Counted from the stretch's first letter, positions 29,074 through 39,798 are shown. The stretch: DNA of 64,000 nucleotides from Candidatus Carthagonibacter metallireducens (GCA_023554445.1 JAMJQQ010000036.1:24778-88777); one strand, 5' to 3'. Numbers and translations are program-made. The notes: generated by a model not told the origin, from the letters alone.

Positions 29074-30645
29074 GTGAGCTTCTTCGAGAGTCACTGGGTT
29101 CTTACGGTCCTTCTGCTGCTTCCGTTGGCGGGGGCGGTCGCCTGCCTGTTCGCCGGGAAGGACGAGGCGAAGCACGTGGCGCTGGTGACCAGCATCGCGG
29201 CATTCCTGCTGTCGCTCCCGTTGTTCTGGGTCTTCCGGGAGGGAACTCCGGCAATCCAGAACTACGTGTCGATTCCCTGGATCGGCCAGTGGGGCATCGC
29301 GTATACGGTGGGCGTTGATGGCATATCGCTGCTGATGGTGTTGCTGACCACCTTCATAATGCCGATGGCCATTCTCGGCTCCTACAGCTACATCAAGCGC
29401 CAGGAGCCGACCTACTACGCCATGCTGCTCCTGTTGATGACCGCAATGATCGGCGTGTTCATCGCCCTCGACATGTTCCTGTTCTTCCTGTTCTGGGAGC
29501 TGATGTTGATCCCGATGTACTTCATCATCGGGGTGTGGGGCGGAGAGCGTCGCATCTACGCAGCGATCAAGTTCTTCCTGTTCACGGCGGTGGGCTCGCT
29601 GCTGATGCTGGTCGCGATCGTCACACTCGTGTACCTGTACTACCGCCAGTACGGCGTCGTGACCTTCGCCTACAACGACCTGGTCGAGTTGCCGGTGACG
29701 AGGTCGGCGCAATTCTGGCTCTTCTCGGCCTTCGCACTCGCATTTGCGATCAAGGTGCCGCTGTTCCCGGTGCACACCTGGCTACCCGATGCGCACGTCG
29801 AGGCCCCCACCGCAGGTTCGGTGATCCTGGCCGGGGTGCTCCTGAAGATGGGCACCTACGGATTCCTGCGCTTCGCGATGCCGTTCTTCGCGTACGCCGC
29901 GACCAGCGACGTGGTCGTCTACACGATCCTCACCCTGTCCTTGATCGGAATCGTCTACGGGGCATGGGTCGCTGCCGTGCAGCCCGATGCGAAGAAGCTG
30001 GTCGCGTATACTTCGGTGGCCCACCTCGGATTCGTCATGCTCGGGCTGTTCGCCCTCACTTCCGAGTCGATTCAGGGCGGCATCCTCCAGATGGTGAATC
30101 ACGGGATCTCGACGGGAGCACTCTTCCTCCTGATCGGCATGCTCTACGAGCGGCGGCACACGCGGTTGATCGAGGACTTCGGCGGTATCGCGAAGGTGAT
30201 GCCATTCTTCGCCTTCGCATTCGTGGTCGTGGCTCTCAGCTCCATCGGTCTGCCCGGCACAAACGGATTCGTCGGAGAGTTCCTGATCCTGATCGGGACG
30301 TTCCGTACCCATCCGGTCGCCGCCGTAATCGCGGCCACGGGGGTCGTGTTCGCTGCCGCTTACATGCTCCCGATGGTCCAGCGCGTCCTGTACGGTCCCG
30401 TGGAGGACGAGGAGAATCGAGAGCTCACCGACATCGGTCTGCGCGAGCGCATCGTTCTGCTTCCGGCCCTCGCGATGATCGTGCTGATCGGCGTATACCC
30501 GGGGCCATTCCTCGAGAAGACCTCGGCCTCGGTGGACGCGCTCCTGCAACAGATCGAAATGCGCGCGAGCCAGGCTCCCCTGGAGCCACTGGGGACCGAC
30601 GTGCGTTTCGACCACATGCCGATCCTCGGCGTGGACGAGGATTGA
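29074..30645 (+). CDS. nuoM: NADH-quinone oxidoreductase subunit M
   Basis: 523-aa antiporter-like subunit (WLPDAHVEAPTAGSVILAGVLLKMGTYGF). Confidence 0.9.
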   Translation: MSFFESHWVLTVLLLLPLAGAVACLFAGKDEAKHVALVTSIAAFLLSLPLFWVFREGTPAIQNYVSIPWIGQWGIAYTVGVDGISLLMVLLTTFIMPMAILGSYSYIKRQEPTYYAMLLLLMTAMIGVFIALDMFLFFLFWELMLIPMYFIIGVWGGERRIYAAIKFFLFTAVGSLLMLVAIVTLVYLYYRQYGVVTFAYNDLVELPVTRSAQFWLFSAFALAFAIKVPLFPVHTWLPDAHVEAPTAGSVILAGVLLKMGTYGFLRFAMPFFAYAATSDVVVYTILTLSLIGIVYGAWVAAVQPDAKKLVAYTSVAHLGFVMLGLFALTSESIQGGILQMVNHGISTGALFLLIGMLYERRHTRLIEDFGGIAKVMPFFAFAFVVVALSSIGLPGTNGFVGEFLILIGTFRTHPVAAVIAATGVVFAAAYMLPMVQRVLYGPVEDEENRELTDIGLRERIVLLPALAMIVLIGVYPGPFLEKTSASVDALLQQIEMRASQAPLEPLGTDVRFDHMPILGVDED

Positions 30646-30658
30646 GAGGGTTGACGAA

Positions 30659-32239
30659 GTGATCCTGGACTTCAGTTCTTCGCTTCATATCGTCTGGGCG
30701 CTGCTGCCGGAGATCGTCGTTGCCGTCACGGGCCTCGTCGTGCTCATGCTGGATGTATTCCAGCGCGGGAGCAGGAGCGCCCCGAGCGCACCCTGGGTCG
30801 GCCCGCTAGCGATCACGGGGCTCGTGGGCGCGGTGCTGGCGAACGCGTGGCTGCTCACCCTGGAGGTTCCTGCACAGAACGCGCAGATCGCCGTGGACGG
30901 GTTCCGGATCGCAATGAACTTCATCGTTCTCGGGGTCGCGATTTTCGGTTTGCTCTACTCGTTCGACTGGCTCAACCGCGAGGGTCAGTTCACCGGCGAA
31001 TTCATATTCCTGGTGCTGATGGCCGTCGTCGGAATGATGTTGCTCGGCGGAACCCGCGATCTGATCGTCCTCTTCGTCGCGATCGAGCTGATGTCGATCT
31101 CCGTCTATGTCCTCACCGGCTACGATCGCAGGTCACGGCGATCTGCCGAGGCCGCGCTCAAGTACTTTCTCATGGGCGCATTCGCCAGTGGATTTCTTCT
31201 CTACGGAATCGCCTTGATCTTCGGGTCGGTCGGCAGTACGAATCTGAGCCTCGTCACGTCGGAGATCGCCCTCGGCACGGCGTCCAATAATCCGATGTTG
31301 TTCGCGGGCGTGGCCCTGCTGCTCGTCGGGTTCGCGTTCAAGGTGTCGGCGGTCCCATTCCACATGTGGACGCCCGATGCCTACGAAGGGGCGCCCACGC
31401 CGGTCACCGGTTTCATGGCAGCCGGTGTGAAGGCAGCTGGATTCGCAGCCATCGTCAGGTTCATAACCATCGAACTGGCACCAGCCGCCGAGTTCTGGGA
31501 GGGCATCATCTGGTGGCTGGCAATGCTGACGATGATCGTGCCGAATCTCGCGGCGCTGGCCCAGGATGACGTCAAGCGAATGCTGGCGTATTCGTCGATC
31601 GCCCACGCTGGATACCTGCTCGTCGGCGTGGCGGCCGACAGCCCGCTCGGACGCTCGGCGACCCTCTTTTATCTCGCCGTCTACGCAGCGATGACTCTGG
31701 GGTCGTTCGCGATCGTCTATCTCGTCGCGGGGAAGGGCGACGTCCGCTCGAAGCTCTCCGATTTCCGCGGCCTGGGCTGGCGCCGTCCGCTGCTCGGGGC
31801 GGCGTTCGTAGTATTCCTGCTGTCGCTCGCAGGCTTTCCGCCGACGGGAGGATTCATCGGCAAGCTGTACCTGCTGAGTGCAGCCGTGGAATCCGGTGAG
31901 TCGGTGCTGGCGATTACTCTCGTGCTCACCAGTCTGATCTCGTACTACTACTACCTGAGGGTCATCTGGAAGATGTACTTCGAGGAGGCACCGGAGTCCC
32001 TGCCGACACCGGAGCGGCCGGGGCTGGCGTTCGGGTTCGCCGCCTCGATCGGAGCGCTGGCGCTGCTCGTAGCCGGTCTGTTCCCCGGACACGGGTTGCG
32101 CACCGCGAGTCGGGCGGGCGAGGACCTCGTACCGCGCGCTGCCGTGGTGGCACCCGGAGCCGCGCCATCCGCCCGGCCCTCGGGGCAGGACCCGGCTGCG
32201 AGCAGGGCTTCCTCCAATGTGTCTGAACCGGAGCGCTGA
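30659..32239 (+). CDS. nuoN: NADH-quinone oxidoreductase subunit N
   Basis: 526-aa antiporter-like subunit (HMWTPDAYEGAPTPVTGFMAAGVKAAGF). It is the last gene of the nuo operon. Confidence 0.9.
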   Translation: MILDFSSSLHIVWALLPEIVVAVTGLVVLMLDVFQRGSRSAPSAPWVGPLAITGLVGAVLANAWLLTLEVPAQNAQIAVDGFRIAMNFIVLGVAIFGLLYSFDWLNREGQFTGEFIFLVLMAVVGMMLLGGTRDLIVLFVAIELMSISVYVLTGYDRRSRRSAEAALKYFLMGAFASGFLLYGIALIFGSVGSTNLSLVTSEIALGTASNNPMLFAGVALLLVGFAFKVSAVPFHMWTPDAYEGAPTPVTGFMAAGVKAAGFAAIVRFITIELAPAAEFWEGIIWWLAMLTMIVPNLAALAQDDVKRMLAYSSIAHAGYLLVGVAADSPLGRSATLFYLAVYAAMTLGSFAIVYLVAGKGDVRSKLSDFRGLGWRRPLLGAAFVVFLLSLAGFPPTGGFIGKLYLLSAAVESGESVLAITLVLTSLISYYYYLRVIWKMYFEEAPESLPTPERPGLAFGFAASIGALALLVAGLFPGHGLRTASRAGEDLVPRAAVVAPGAAPSARPSGQDPAASRASSNVSEPER

Positions 32240-32361
32240 CCCCGCATCACCTTCGCTTCGCCGGCGGACAGGCCACGGCGGATTCCTGTTTCTCTGCGCC
32301 GGCCCCTCGGAGGCCCGGCGACACCCGGGCCCGGTCCGGCCCGCTTCCTGAAGAGGTCTAC

Positions 32362-33741
32362 ATGAAGGTATCGCCGACCATATTTCGTGAGTACGACATT
32401 CGGGGCATCGTGGGGGACGACCTGACCGCAGATGTCGTGCGGGCTGTGGGACGGGCCTATGCGACGCGCCTTCGTGAGTCGAGCGGGTCGGAGAACCCGA
32501 CCGTCACTGTCGGACACGACAACCGGCCCAGTTCTCCGGCGCTGGCTCAGGCGCTTTGCGAGGGGCTCAACGCTTCGGGCGCCGACGTTTATCTCGTAGA
32601 CACGGTGCCGACGCCGGTGCTCTACTTCGCCGATCGCGAATTCGAGACGGATGGCGGCATCCAGATCACGGGTTCCCACAACCCGCCCGAGTACAACGGC
32701 ATCAAGATGGTGGCGGGAGGCAGCTCACTCTACGGCGAGGCGATCCAGGATCTCCGGCGCCGGGTGGAGTCGGAATCCTGGCGCGAGGCGGCGGGGCGGA
32801 CCGAGCGGCGTCCGATCCTCGAACGCTACGTGGAGGCGGTCCGCGAAGCCGTGGATATTCCCACCCCGATCAGGATCGTCCTCGACTGCGGAAACGGGAC
32901 GGGAAGCGTCATCGCGCCGGAGGTGCTCGAAGCCGTCGGGATCGAGGTGATACCTCTGTATTGCGAGTCGGATGGGACGTTTCCGAACCATCACCCCGAT
33001 CCGACGGTCGACGAGAACCTGGTCGATCTGATCGCGGAGGTCAGGGCCTCCGATGCAGCGATCGGAATCGGGCTGGATGGCGATGCAGACCGGATCGGCG
33101 CGGTGGATGAGAATGGCAGGATCGTGCGGGGGGATCATCTGCTCCTTCTCTACGCACTCGACATCCTGCCGCACGACCCGGGCGCTGAGGTGGTCTTCGA
33201 CGTCAAGTGTTCCCAGGCGTTGCCCGAGATGATCGAGGCTGCCGGGGGCGTTCCCGTGATGTGGCGCACCGGTCACTCCCTGATCAAGGAACGGATGAAA
33301 GCGGGTGGGTCGCCGGTGGCGGGCGAGATGAGCGGGCACATCTGCCTGGCCGACCGCTGGTACGGCTTCGATGACGCGATCTACGATGCAGCGCGGCTCG
33401 CAGAGCTGGTCGCTCGCAGTGGGAAGCCGCTCTCCGAACTCGCAGCGGCGATACCCTCCTATCCGTCCACTCCGGAGATCAGGGTGGACTGCGATGAGGA
33501 CGCCAAATTCGGGATCGTAGAGCGGACGGTGCAGCACTATCGCCAATCCTACGAGGTGATCGATATCGATGGGGCGCGGGTGCTGTTCGATGACGGTTGG
33601 GCCCTGATCCGGGCGAGCAACACGCAGCCGATCATCGTCTGCCGATTCGAAGCCGACACGCCCGAAGCACTGGTTCGCATCCGGGATGACGTGGCCGAGT
33701 GGCTGGCAGGCCAGGGCGTCACGGTCCCGCCGCTGGACTGA
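32362..33741 (+). CDS. phosphomannomutase/phosphoglucomutase (alpha-D-phosphohexomutase family)
   Basis: IFREYDIRGIV, the active-site Ser loop TGSHNPPEYNGIKM, and the metal-binding loop GLDGDADR. Confidence 0.85.
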   Translation: MKVSPTIFREYDIRGIVGDDLTADVVRAVGRAYATRLRESSGSENPTVTVGHDNRPSSPALAQALCEGLNASGADVYLVDTVPTPVLYFADREFETDGGIQITGSHNPPEYNGIKMVAGGSSLYGEAIQDLRRRVESESWREAAGRTERRPILERYVEAVREAVDIPTPIRIVLDCGNGTGSVIAPEVLEAVGIEVIPLYCESDGTFPNHHPDPTVDENLVDLIAEVRASDAAIGIGLDGDADRIGAVDENGRIVRGDHLLLLYALDILPHDPGAEVVFDVKCSQALPEMIEAAGGVPVMWRTGHSLIKERMKAGGSPVAGEMSGHICLADRWYGFDDAIYDAARLAELVARSGKPLSELAAAIPSYPSTPEIRVDCDEDAKFGIVERTVQHYRQSYEVIDIDGARVLFDDGWALIRASNTQPIIVCRFEADTPEALVRIRDDVAEWLAGQGVTVPPLD

Positions 33742-33749
33742 GCGTCTCG

Positions 33750-34703
33750 ATGAGTCCAGGCCGCAGAACGGTCGTCGTCGCCATAGGAGGAAACGCTCTC
33801 TCTCCATCGGGCGAGTCCGCGTCCGTCGCTAACCAGTTCCGTCATACGCGGGAGAGCCTCGTTCCGATCGTGGATCTTGCCACCCAGGGATGGCGGATCG
33901 CCATCGTCCATGGCAATGGTCCCCAGGTCGGGGATGAACTGCTCCGCAATCAGGTTGCGCGGGATGAGGTGGAGCAGCTCCCTCTCGGAGTTCAGGTCGC
34001 CGAGACGGCCGGGTGGATCGGATACATGATTCAGCAGTCCCTCCAGAACGCCCTGCGAAGCGCGGGAAGCGAGCGCAGGGTCGTCACCGTCGTCACGCAG
34101 GCGCGTGTGGAGCCGGACGATCCGGCGCTCGCGAGTCCCTCGAAGTTCATCGGCCGGCGGCTTTCGCAGGAAGCGGCCGAGGTGCTGAGAGCCGAGGGTG
34201 TGGTCGTCGAGCAGGACCCACGCGGAAACCTGCGACGACGCGTGCCGAGCCCGGTCCCGGTCGAGATCATCGAGTCGGACATGGTGCGGGAGCTCGTGTT
34301 TCGGGGCGACATCGTCATCGCGGCGGGGGGTGGTGGAATCCCGGTATACGAAGATCCCTCGCTCGGTCTCGAGGGGGTCGACGCCGTTGTGGACAAGGAC
34401 AGGGCGGCAGCGATTCTCGCTCGTGAGATCGGAGCCAGCATCCTGTTGATTCTAACTGATGTCGACGGAGTATACGAAGCCTGGGGTACGGATCAGGCGC
34501 GCAGGATCCCACGACTCACGATGTCGGAGGCCGCGCGGCTTCTGGAGGGGGACGCGCTGGGCGCCGGGAGCATGCGACCAAAGCTCGAAGCGGCGCACCA
34601 CTTCCTGGAGACGGGTGGTGACCGGGCGATCATCGCCGCTCTGGACGAGGGACCCATGGCTCTCCTCGGAGAAGCAGGAACCACGATCGAATCCCGCGGC
34701 TGA
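33750..34703 (+). CDS. arcC: carbamate kinase
   Basis: VVVAIGGNAL and IVHGNGPQVG motifs, plus the C-terminal amino-acid-kinase fold (AAGGGGIPV...VVDKDRAAAILA). Start at the internal ATG at 33750. No arcA, arcB or arcD is in the window. Confidence 0.75.
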   Translation: MSPGRRTVVVAIGGNALSPSGESASVANQFRHTRESLVPIVDLATQGWRIAIVHGNGPQVGDELLRNQVARDEVEQLPLGVQVAETAGWIGYMIQQSLQNALRSAGSERRVVTVVTQARVEPDDPALASPSKFIGRRLSQEAAEVLRAEGVVVEQDPRGNLRRRVPSPVPVEIIESDMVRELVFRGDIVIAAGGGGIPVYEDPSLGLEGVDAVVDKDRAAAILAREIGASILLILTDVDGVYEAWGTDQARRIPRLTMSEAARLLEGDALGAGSMRPKLEAAHHFLETGGDRAIIAALDEGPMALLGEAGTTIESRG

Positions 34704-34743
34704 GCGAGCCGGGAGACAATTTTCACACGGGACGAAGGCGAAG

Positions 34744-35886
34744 ATGAACATTCACGAGTACCAGGCGAAGGAGATCCTCCGCGCTCACGGCATCCCGGTT
34801 CCTCCGGGCGAGGTCGCCACCTCTCCTGAAGAAGCGGAAGCGATAGCGTCGAAGTACGGCGGCCCGGTGGTCGTCAAGGCCCAGGTGCATACCGGTGGCC
34901 GCGGCAAGGCCGGCGGTGTGAAGCTGGCCGACGATGCAGCGGACGCGGCCGAGAAGGCGGCGGCGATTCTCGGCATGGAGATCAAGGGGCTGACCGTCGA
35001 GAAGGTCCTGGTTACCCCTGCCGAGGAGATCGCGAGCGAGGCATACGTCGGGATCGTGATGGACAGGGCCTCCCAGGCCGACGTGTTCATGGTTTCATCA
35101 GAGGGGGGCGTGGACATCGAGGAAGTCGCTGCGTCCCAGCCCGAGGCGATCACTAAGCTCCGGGTCGATCCGCGGTACGGGCTCCTTCCGCACCAGGCGA
35201 TGGGGCTGGCATGGGCGCTGTATGACGACGTCAAGCAAGTGCGTCAGGCCGCGTCGATCATCCGTAAGCTCCATGAAGCGTACCGGGCCGCGGGTGCCAC
35301 GCTGGCGGAGATCAATCCGCTGATCGTCACACCGGAGGGCGAGGTGAAGGCGATCGACGCGAAGATGAACATCGATGACAACGTCCTCTTCCGGGTGCCC
35401 GACGTCGAGGCGATGAGGGACACGAGTGCCGAGCCGCCCGCCGAGACGAAGGCGCGCGATGCCGGATTGAGCTACATCAAGCTCGACGGAGACGTGGGCT
35501 GTGTCGTCAACGGAGCCGGCCTCGCCATGGCGACCATGGACATGGTCAAGCACTACGGAGGCGAGCCCGCCAACTTTCTCGATATCGGGGGTTCTTCGAA
35601 TCCGGACAAGGTGGTGACGGCACTGGAGATCATCACTGCCGATCCCAGGGTGAAGTCGATTCTGTTCAACATCTTCGGAGGAATCACGCGCTGCGATGAC
35701 GTGGCGAACGGGATTGTCGAGGCGACGAATCGGATCGAGATCGATCGGCCGATCGCCATTCGACTCACCGGGACCAACGAAGAGGAAGCGGTGGAGATCC
35801 TCAAGCAGGCGGGCTTCGCGGCAATGACCGACATGGACGAGGTGGTCAAGGAGGCCGTCAGCCTGGCGCACGGCGGCAGCGACTGA
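34744..35886 (+). CDS. sucC: succinyl-CoA synthetase beta subunit
   Basis: [12 protein letters not shown] start and ATP-grasp motifs. The track ORF is extended 5'. The ATG at 34744 gives 380 aa. Confidence 0.95.
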   Translation: MNIHEYQAKEILRAHGIPVPPGEVATSPEEAEAIASKYGGPVVVKAQVHTGGRGKAGGVKLADDAADAAEKAAAILGMEIKGLTVEKVLVTPAEEIASEAYVGIVMDRASQADVFMVSSEGGVDIEEVAASQPEAITKLRVDPRYGLLPHQAMGLAWALYDDVKQVRQAASIIRKLHEAYRAAGATLAEINPLIVTPEGEVKAIDAKMNIDDNVLFRVPDVEAMRDTSAEPPAETKARDAGLSYIKLDGDVGCVVNGAGLAMATMDMVKHYGGEPANFLDIGGSSNPDKVVTALEIITADPRVKSILFNIFGGITRCDDVANGIVEATNRIEIDRPIAIRLTGTNEEEAVEILKQAGFAAMTDMDEVVKEAVSLAHGGSD

Positions 35887-35926
35887 GGATCGGCGACTTC
35901 ACGAACGCAAAGGGAGACAGTTCGGC

Positions 35927-36796
35927 ATGAGCATATTCATCGATGGGTCGACACGCCTCGTCGTGCAGGGAATTACGGGGAGGGACGGGTCTTTTCACAC
36001 CCGGCAGATGATCGAATACGGGACGGACGTCGTCGCGGGTGTCACGCCGGGCAAGGGTGGCCAGATGTTCGACGACTCGGTCCCGGTGTTCAACACGGTC
36101 GTCGAAGCCGTATCGGAGCGAGGCGCCAACACGAGCGTCGTCTACGTCCCGGCGGCTTTTGCTGCCGATGCGGTCCTGGAGGCCGCAGAGGCTGGAATCG
36201 AGTTGATCGTCTGTATATCGGAAGGTGTCCCGGTGCAGGACATGATGCGGGTACTGCCTTTCGTCGAGGAAAGGGGCGCTCGATTGATCGGTCCCAATTG
36301 CCCCGGCCTGATCACTCCGGGCGTCTGCAAGGTGGGAATCCTCCCGGGTCAGATCGTGGCCCCGGGACCTGTAGGGGTGGTCAGTCGGTCCGGAACGCTG
36401 ACCTACGAAGTCGTCTTCCAGCTCACCCGGGCGGGAATCGGTCAGACGACGTGTGTGGGAATCGGGGGAGATCCGCTGATCGGGACGAACTTCGTAGACT
36501 GTCTGGAGGCGTTCGAGGCCGATCCGGACACGAGGGCCGTCTGCATGATCGGCGAGATCGGTGGCACCGATGAGCAGGTGGCTGCCGAATTCGTGCGCGA
36601 TCGAATGAGCAAACCGGTCGTGGGTTTCATTGCCGGACGTACGGCTCCTCCCGGTCGCCGAATGGGTCATGCCGGTGCGATCATCTCCGGCTCGGAGGGG
36701 ACCGCGGATGAGAAGATGAGGGCCTTCCGCGAATGCGGCATCGCGGTCGCCGAATTGCCCGCCGATTTCGTAGGACTGGTCCAGGCCGGTCTCTGA
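35927..36796 (+). CDS. sucD: succinyl-CoA synthetase alpha subunit
   Basis: [21 protein letters not shown], and the phospho-His loop (GHAGAIISG). Confidence 0.95.
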   Translation: MSIFIDGSTRLVVQGITGRDGSFHTRQMIEYGTDVVAGVTPGKGGQMFDDSVPVFNTVVEAVSERGANTSVVYVPAAFAADAVLEAAEAGIELIVCISEGVPVQDMMRVLPFVEERGARLIGPNCPGLITPGVCKVGILPGQIVAPGPVGVVSRSGTLTYEVVFQLTRAGIGQTTCVGIGGDPLIGTNFVDCLEAFEADPDTRAVCMIGEIGGTDEQVAAEFVRDRMSKPVVGFIAGRTAPPGRRMGHAGAIISGSEGTADEKMRAFRECGIAVAELPADFVGLVQAGL

Positions 36797-36845
36797 GGCC
36801 CTACATGGCGATCTATTACGACCCCCGGAGAAAGCGGGACACGGA

Positions 36846-37262
36846 ATGAGCGATACGACGCTGACGATCATCAAACCGGATGCATTCGGGTCGGGCAAGG
36901 CCGGCCGGATTCTCGCGCACCTCGAGCAGGAGGGCTTCGAGATCGTAGCGGCGCGGGTCACGCATCTCGGAGTGGCCGAGGCGGGTGAATTCTACGCGGT
37001 CCACAGGGAGCGGCCGTTCTTCGGTTCACTGGTCGAGTTCATGACCTCGGGCCGGTGCATGCCGATAGTTCTGCGACGCGAGAACGCCGTGGCACACCTT
37101 CGCCGTGTGATCGGCGCGACGGATCCGACCGAAGCCGAAGAGGGTACGGTGCGGGCGATCTATGCCGAGAGCAAGGAGCGCAACGCGATTCACGCCTCTG
37201 ATTCCGATGAGAACGCGGCCGTAGAGGTGTCTTTCTTCTTTCCCGGCACGGATCTGATCTGA
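36846..37262 (+). CDS. ndk: nucleoside diphosphate kinase
   Basis: TLTIIKPDA and NAIHASDS motifs (the active-site His). Confidence 0.95.
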   Translation: MSDTTLTIIKPDAFGSGKAGRILAHLEQEGFEIVAARVTHLGVAEAGEFYAVHRERPFFGSLVEFMTSGRCMPIVLRRENAVAHLRRVIGATDPTEAEEGTVRAIYAESKERNAIHASDSDENAAVEVSFFFPGTDLI

Positions 37263-37299
37263 GGCGATCCGATCGACGGCGATTCGGCCGCTTGGCACG

Positions 37300-37893
37300 T
37301 TGACAGAAATCGTGGAAACGGCTATGAATATGGGCTTCCCGGACCGGCTGCTGGCGCTGGAACGACTCGCGGCCGGCCCCGTCGAACTGTCGGGTCCGCT
37401 CCGTGCCGACCGGGAGGCGTGGGATCTCGACGACGTGAGCCTCGAGGGCGATCCGCTGATCGACCTTCGGATCGAAGAGACCGGGGACGGAGCGGTCCGG
37501 CTTCGAGGGCGGCTCGTGGTCGATGTAGAGCAGGAGTGCAGGCGTTGCCTGGACCCGGTTCGATCGCAGGTTGGGCTCGATCTCGATCTGCGATTCGATC
37601 CGAACATCGGGCCCGAAGAGGAGACCGAGGCGCTGTATGCCCTCGATCCAAAGGTGGCGGAGCTGGATCTGCTGCCTGCGCTGCGCGAAGAACTGCTGCT
37701 CGCTCTGCCGGACTTCGCGCTGTGCCGCGACGGGTGCCGGGGACTGTGTCCGCGGTGTGGTACGAACCGCAACGAGGACGATTGCGACTGCCGGATCGAA
37801 GCGACGGACCCGAGATGGGACGCGCTGCGAGAGAAAATTCCGAGCGAACCGGACGCCGCCACGGGCGCCGGTGACGGTTCGGGCGACGACTGA
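37300..37893 (+). CDS. yceD: YceD/DUF177 family protein
   Basis: C-terminal CxxC...C...CxxC zinc-ribbon (CRRCLDPV...CREDCRGLCPRCGTN), and it sits immediately upstream of rpmF as in other bacteria. The start is ambiguous: TTG 37300, ATG 37324 or ATG 37330. Confidence 0.7.
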   Translation: MTEIVETAMNMGFPDRLLALERLAAGPVELSGPLRADREAWDLDDVSLEGDPLIDLRIEETGDGAVRLRGRLVVDVEQECRRCLDPVRSQVGLDLDLRFDPNIGPEEETEALYALDPKVAELDLLPALREELLLALPDFALCRDGCRGLCPRCGTNRNEDDCDCRIEATDPRWDALREKIPSEPDAATGAGDGSGDD

Positions 37894-37908
37894 TACAGGA
37901 CGGAATCC

Positions 37909-38091
37909 ATGGCCGTACCGAAGAGACGGACCTCGAAGCAGCGGAAGCGAAAGCGCCGGGGACACGATGTGGCGGCGGAAACGGCGCATCAGAGTTGCCC
38001 GCGCTGCGGCGACCCCAGGCGTCCCCACCGAGTCTGCCCGACATGCGGACATTATGGAGACCGCGAGGTCGTTCGGACCGAGGAGTTCTAA
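37909..38091 (+). CDS. rpmF: 50S ribosomal protein L32
   Basis: MAVPKRRTSKQRKRKRR... with the C-terminal CPxCG zinc-ribbon. 60 aa. Confidence 0.9.
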   Translation: MAVPKRRTSKQRKRKRRGHDVAAETAHQSCPRCGDPRRPHRVCPTCGHYGDREVVRTEEF

Positions 38092-38126
38092 GCGGCCCCG
38101 ACTCATTGCGCGAAGGGATACAGGTC

Positions 38127-39065
38127 ATGCGTCTCGCCGTGATGATGCCGGGACAGGGTTCGCAGTTCGTCGGAATGGGCCGGGACCTCGCTGCGACCGA
38201 TGCCAGGGCGATGGAGCTGTTCCAGCGGGCAGACGACGCACTGGGCTTCGCACTGAGTCGCGTTTGCTGGGAAGGTCCGGAAGATGAGCTCCGACGGACC
38301 GAGAACGCGCAACCGGCCATTCTGCTGCACTCCACGATAATCTGGTCGCTGTTCCCCGAGCAGATTCGATCCCGGGCGGTGTGCGGCGCAGGGCATTCTC
38401 TGGGTGAGTTCTCTGCCTACGTGGCTGCCGGCTCCCTCAGCCTCGAAGACGCTCTTCGGCTGGTCAGGCGGCGAGGAGAGCTCATGGCCACGTCGGGCGA
38501 TGAGCGGGCTGGAACGATGGCGGCCGTCATCGGACTCGACCCGGACGGCGTGGCGGAGGCCTGTCGAAGGGCGTCCAGCGTCGAATCCGTGGTCGTGCCG
38601 GCCAACTTCAACGCCCCCGGTCAGGTCGTGATCAGCGGTGACGTGTCAGCGGTTGAGAGTGCGATGAGCGAAGCCACCGAACTCGGCGCACGCAAGGTCA
38701 TGCCGCTGAACGTAAGTGGCGCGTTCCATTCTCCCCTGATGGAGTCCGCGAGGGAGGGGCTGTCTGAGGCCGTCGCTGCAGCCAACCTGCAGAATCCGTC
38801 TTTTCCGGTCGTGGCGAATGCCACGGCCGCGGCGACTCGCTCGGCGGAGGAAGCCTCCCGACAGCTCGTCGACCAGCTGACCTCACCGGTGCGCTGGGTC
38901 GAATCGGTCGCGACTCTCAAGACGGAACGCCCGGACCTCTGGGTCGAGCTCGGTCCCGGACGCGTTCTGTGCAACCTCCTCAAACGTATCGATCGCGAAC
39001 TCGAATCGATGGCAGTGGGATCCCCGGAACAGATCGTTCAATTCGTGGAGGTCTGCGGTGACTGA
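38127..39065 (+). CDS. fabD: malonyl-CoA:ACP transacylase
   Basis: MMPGQGSQFVGMG start and the active-site GHSLGEFSA. Confidence 0.9.
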   Translation: MRLAVMMPGQGSQFVGMGRDLAATDARAMELFQRADDALGFALSRVCWEGPEDELRRTENAQPAILLHSTIIWSLFPEQIRSRAVCGAGHSLGEFSAYVAAGSLSLEDALRLVRRRGELMATSGDERAGTMAAVIGLDPDGVAEACRRASSVESVVVPANFNAPGQVVISGDVSAVESAMSEATELGARKVMPLNVSGAFHSPLMESAREGLSEAVAAANLQNPSFPVVANATAAATRSAEEASRQLVDQLTSPVRWVESVATLKTERPDLWVELGPGRVLCNLLKRIDRELESMAVGSPEQIVQFVEVCGD

Positions 39066-39798
39066 GCTCGATGGACAAGTAGCAATCGTTTCGGGTGCCT
39101 CCCGGGGGATCGGCGAGGCCATCGCCCGATCTCTCTCGGAGGCCGGTTGCAGCGTCGCCTGCGTGGCGCGAGACGCCGCGCGGGCTGCCGCGGTCGCGGA
39201 CACGCTGGAAAGCGAAGGCAGGGGGTATGCCTGCGACGTCTCCGATCCGGCGGCGTGCGCGGATCTCGTCGCGGCCGTGGACGGGGAGCTGGGACCCGTC
39301 GATATCCTCGTCAATAACGCCGGCATCACCCGGGACAACGTGCTGGTCCGCCTCAAAGATGAGGACTGGCAGACGGTGATGGACACCAACCTTCGAGGCG
39401 CTTTCAATACGACCCGGGCCGTGGCGCGCGGGATGATGAAACGTCGAGCGGGGAGGATCATCAACATTGCGAGCGTGGTAGGCTTGACGGGGAACCGGGG
39501 GCAGGCCAACTATGCGGCGTCCAAGGCCGGGCTGGTCGGCTTTTCCAAGTCGGTAGCGCTGGAACTGGCATCGCGAGGCGTCCTGGTGAATGTCGTGGCG
39601 CCAGGCTTCATCGAGACCGACATGACGTCGGATCTGCCGGAGGAAGCGCGAGTGGCGCTGTTCGAGCGTATTCCGCTCGGGCGACTCGGTCGACCGGAGG
39701 ACGTGGCCGGCGTCGTCAGGTTTCTGGCCGGACCGGCCGCTGCGTACATGACCGGGCAGGTGCTGGTCGTCGATGGTGGGATGGTGATGAACGGCTGA
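39058..39798 (+). CDS. fabG: 3-oxoacyl-ACP reductase
   Basis: SDR motifs: VSGASRGIG, NNAG, and the YAASKAG catalytic Y-x3-K. It overlaps the fabD end by 8 nt. Confidence 0.9.
   Translation: MTELDGQVAIVSGASRGIGEAIARSLSEAGCSVACVARDAARAAAVADTLESEGRGYACDVSDPAACADLVAAVDGELGPVDILVNNAGITRDNVLVRLKDEDWQTVMDTNLRGAFNTTRAVARGMMKRRAGRIINIASVVGLTGNRGQANYAASKAGLVGFSKSVALELASRGVLVNVVAPGFIETDMTSDLPEEARVALFERIPLGRLGRPEDVAGVVRFLAGPAAAYMTGQVLVVDGGMVMNG

Noticed and set aside
37291-37328. TTGGCACG followed by TTGACA-N17-TATGAA upstream of, and inside, yceD
   Set aside because: For sigma-54 the GG/GC spacing is wrong (the -12 GC is missing). The sigma70-like hexamers would put the transcription start downstream of both candidate yceD ATG codons (37324 and 37330), so they probably fall inside coding sequence.
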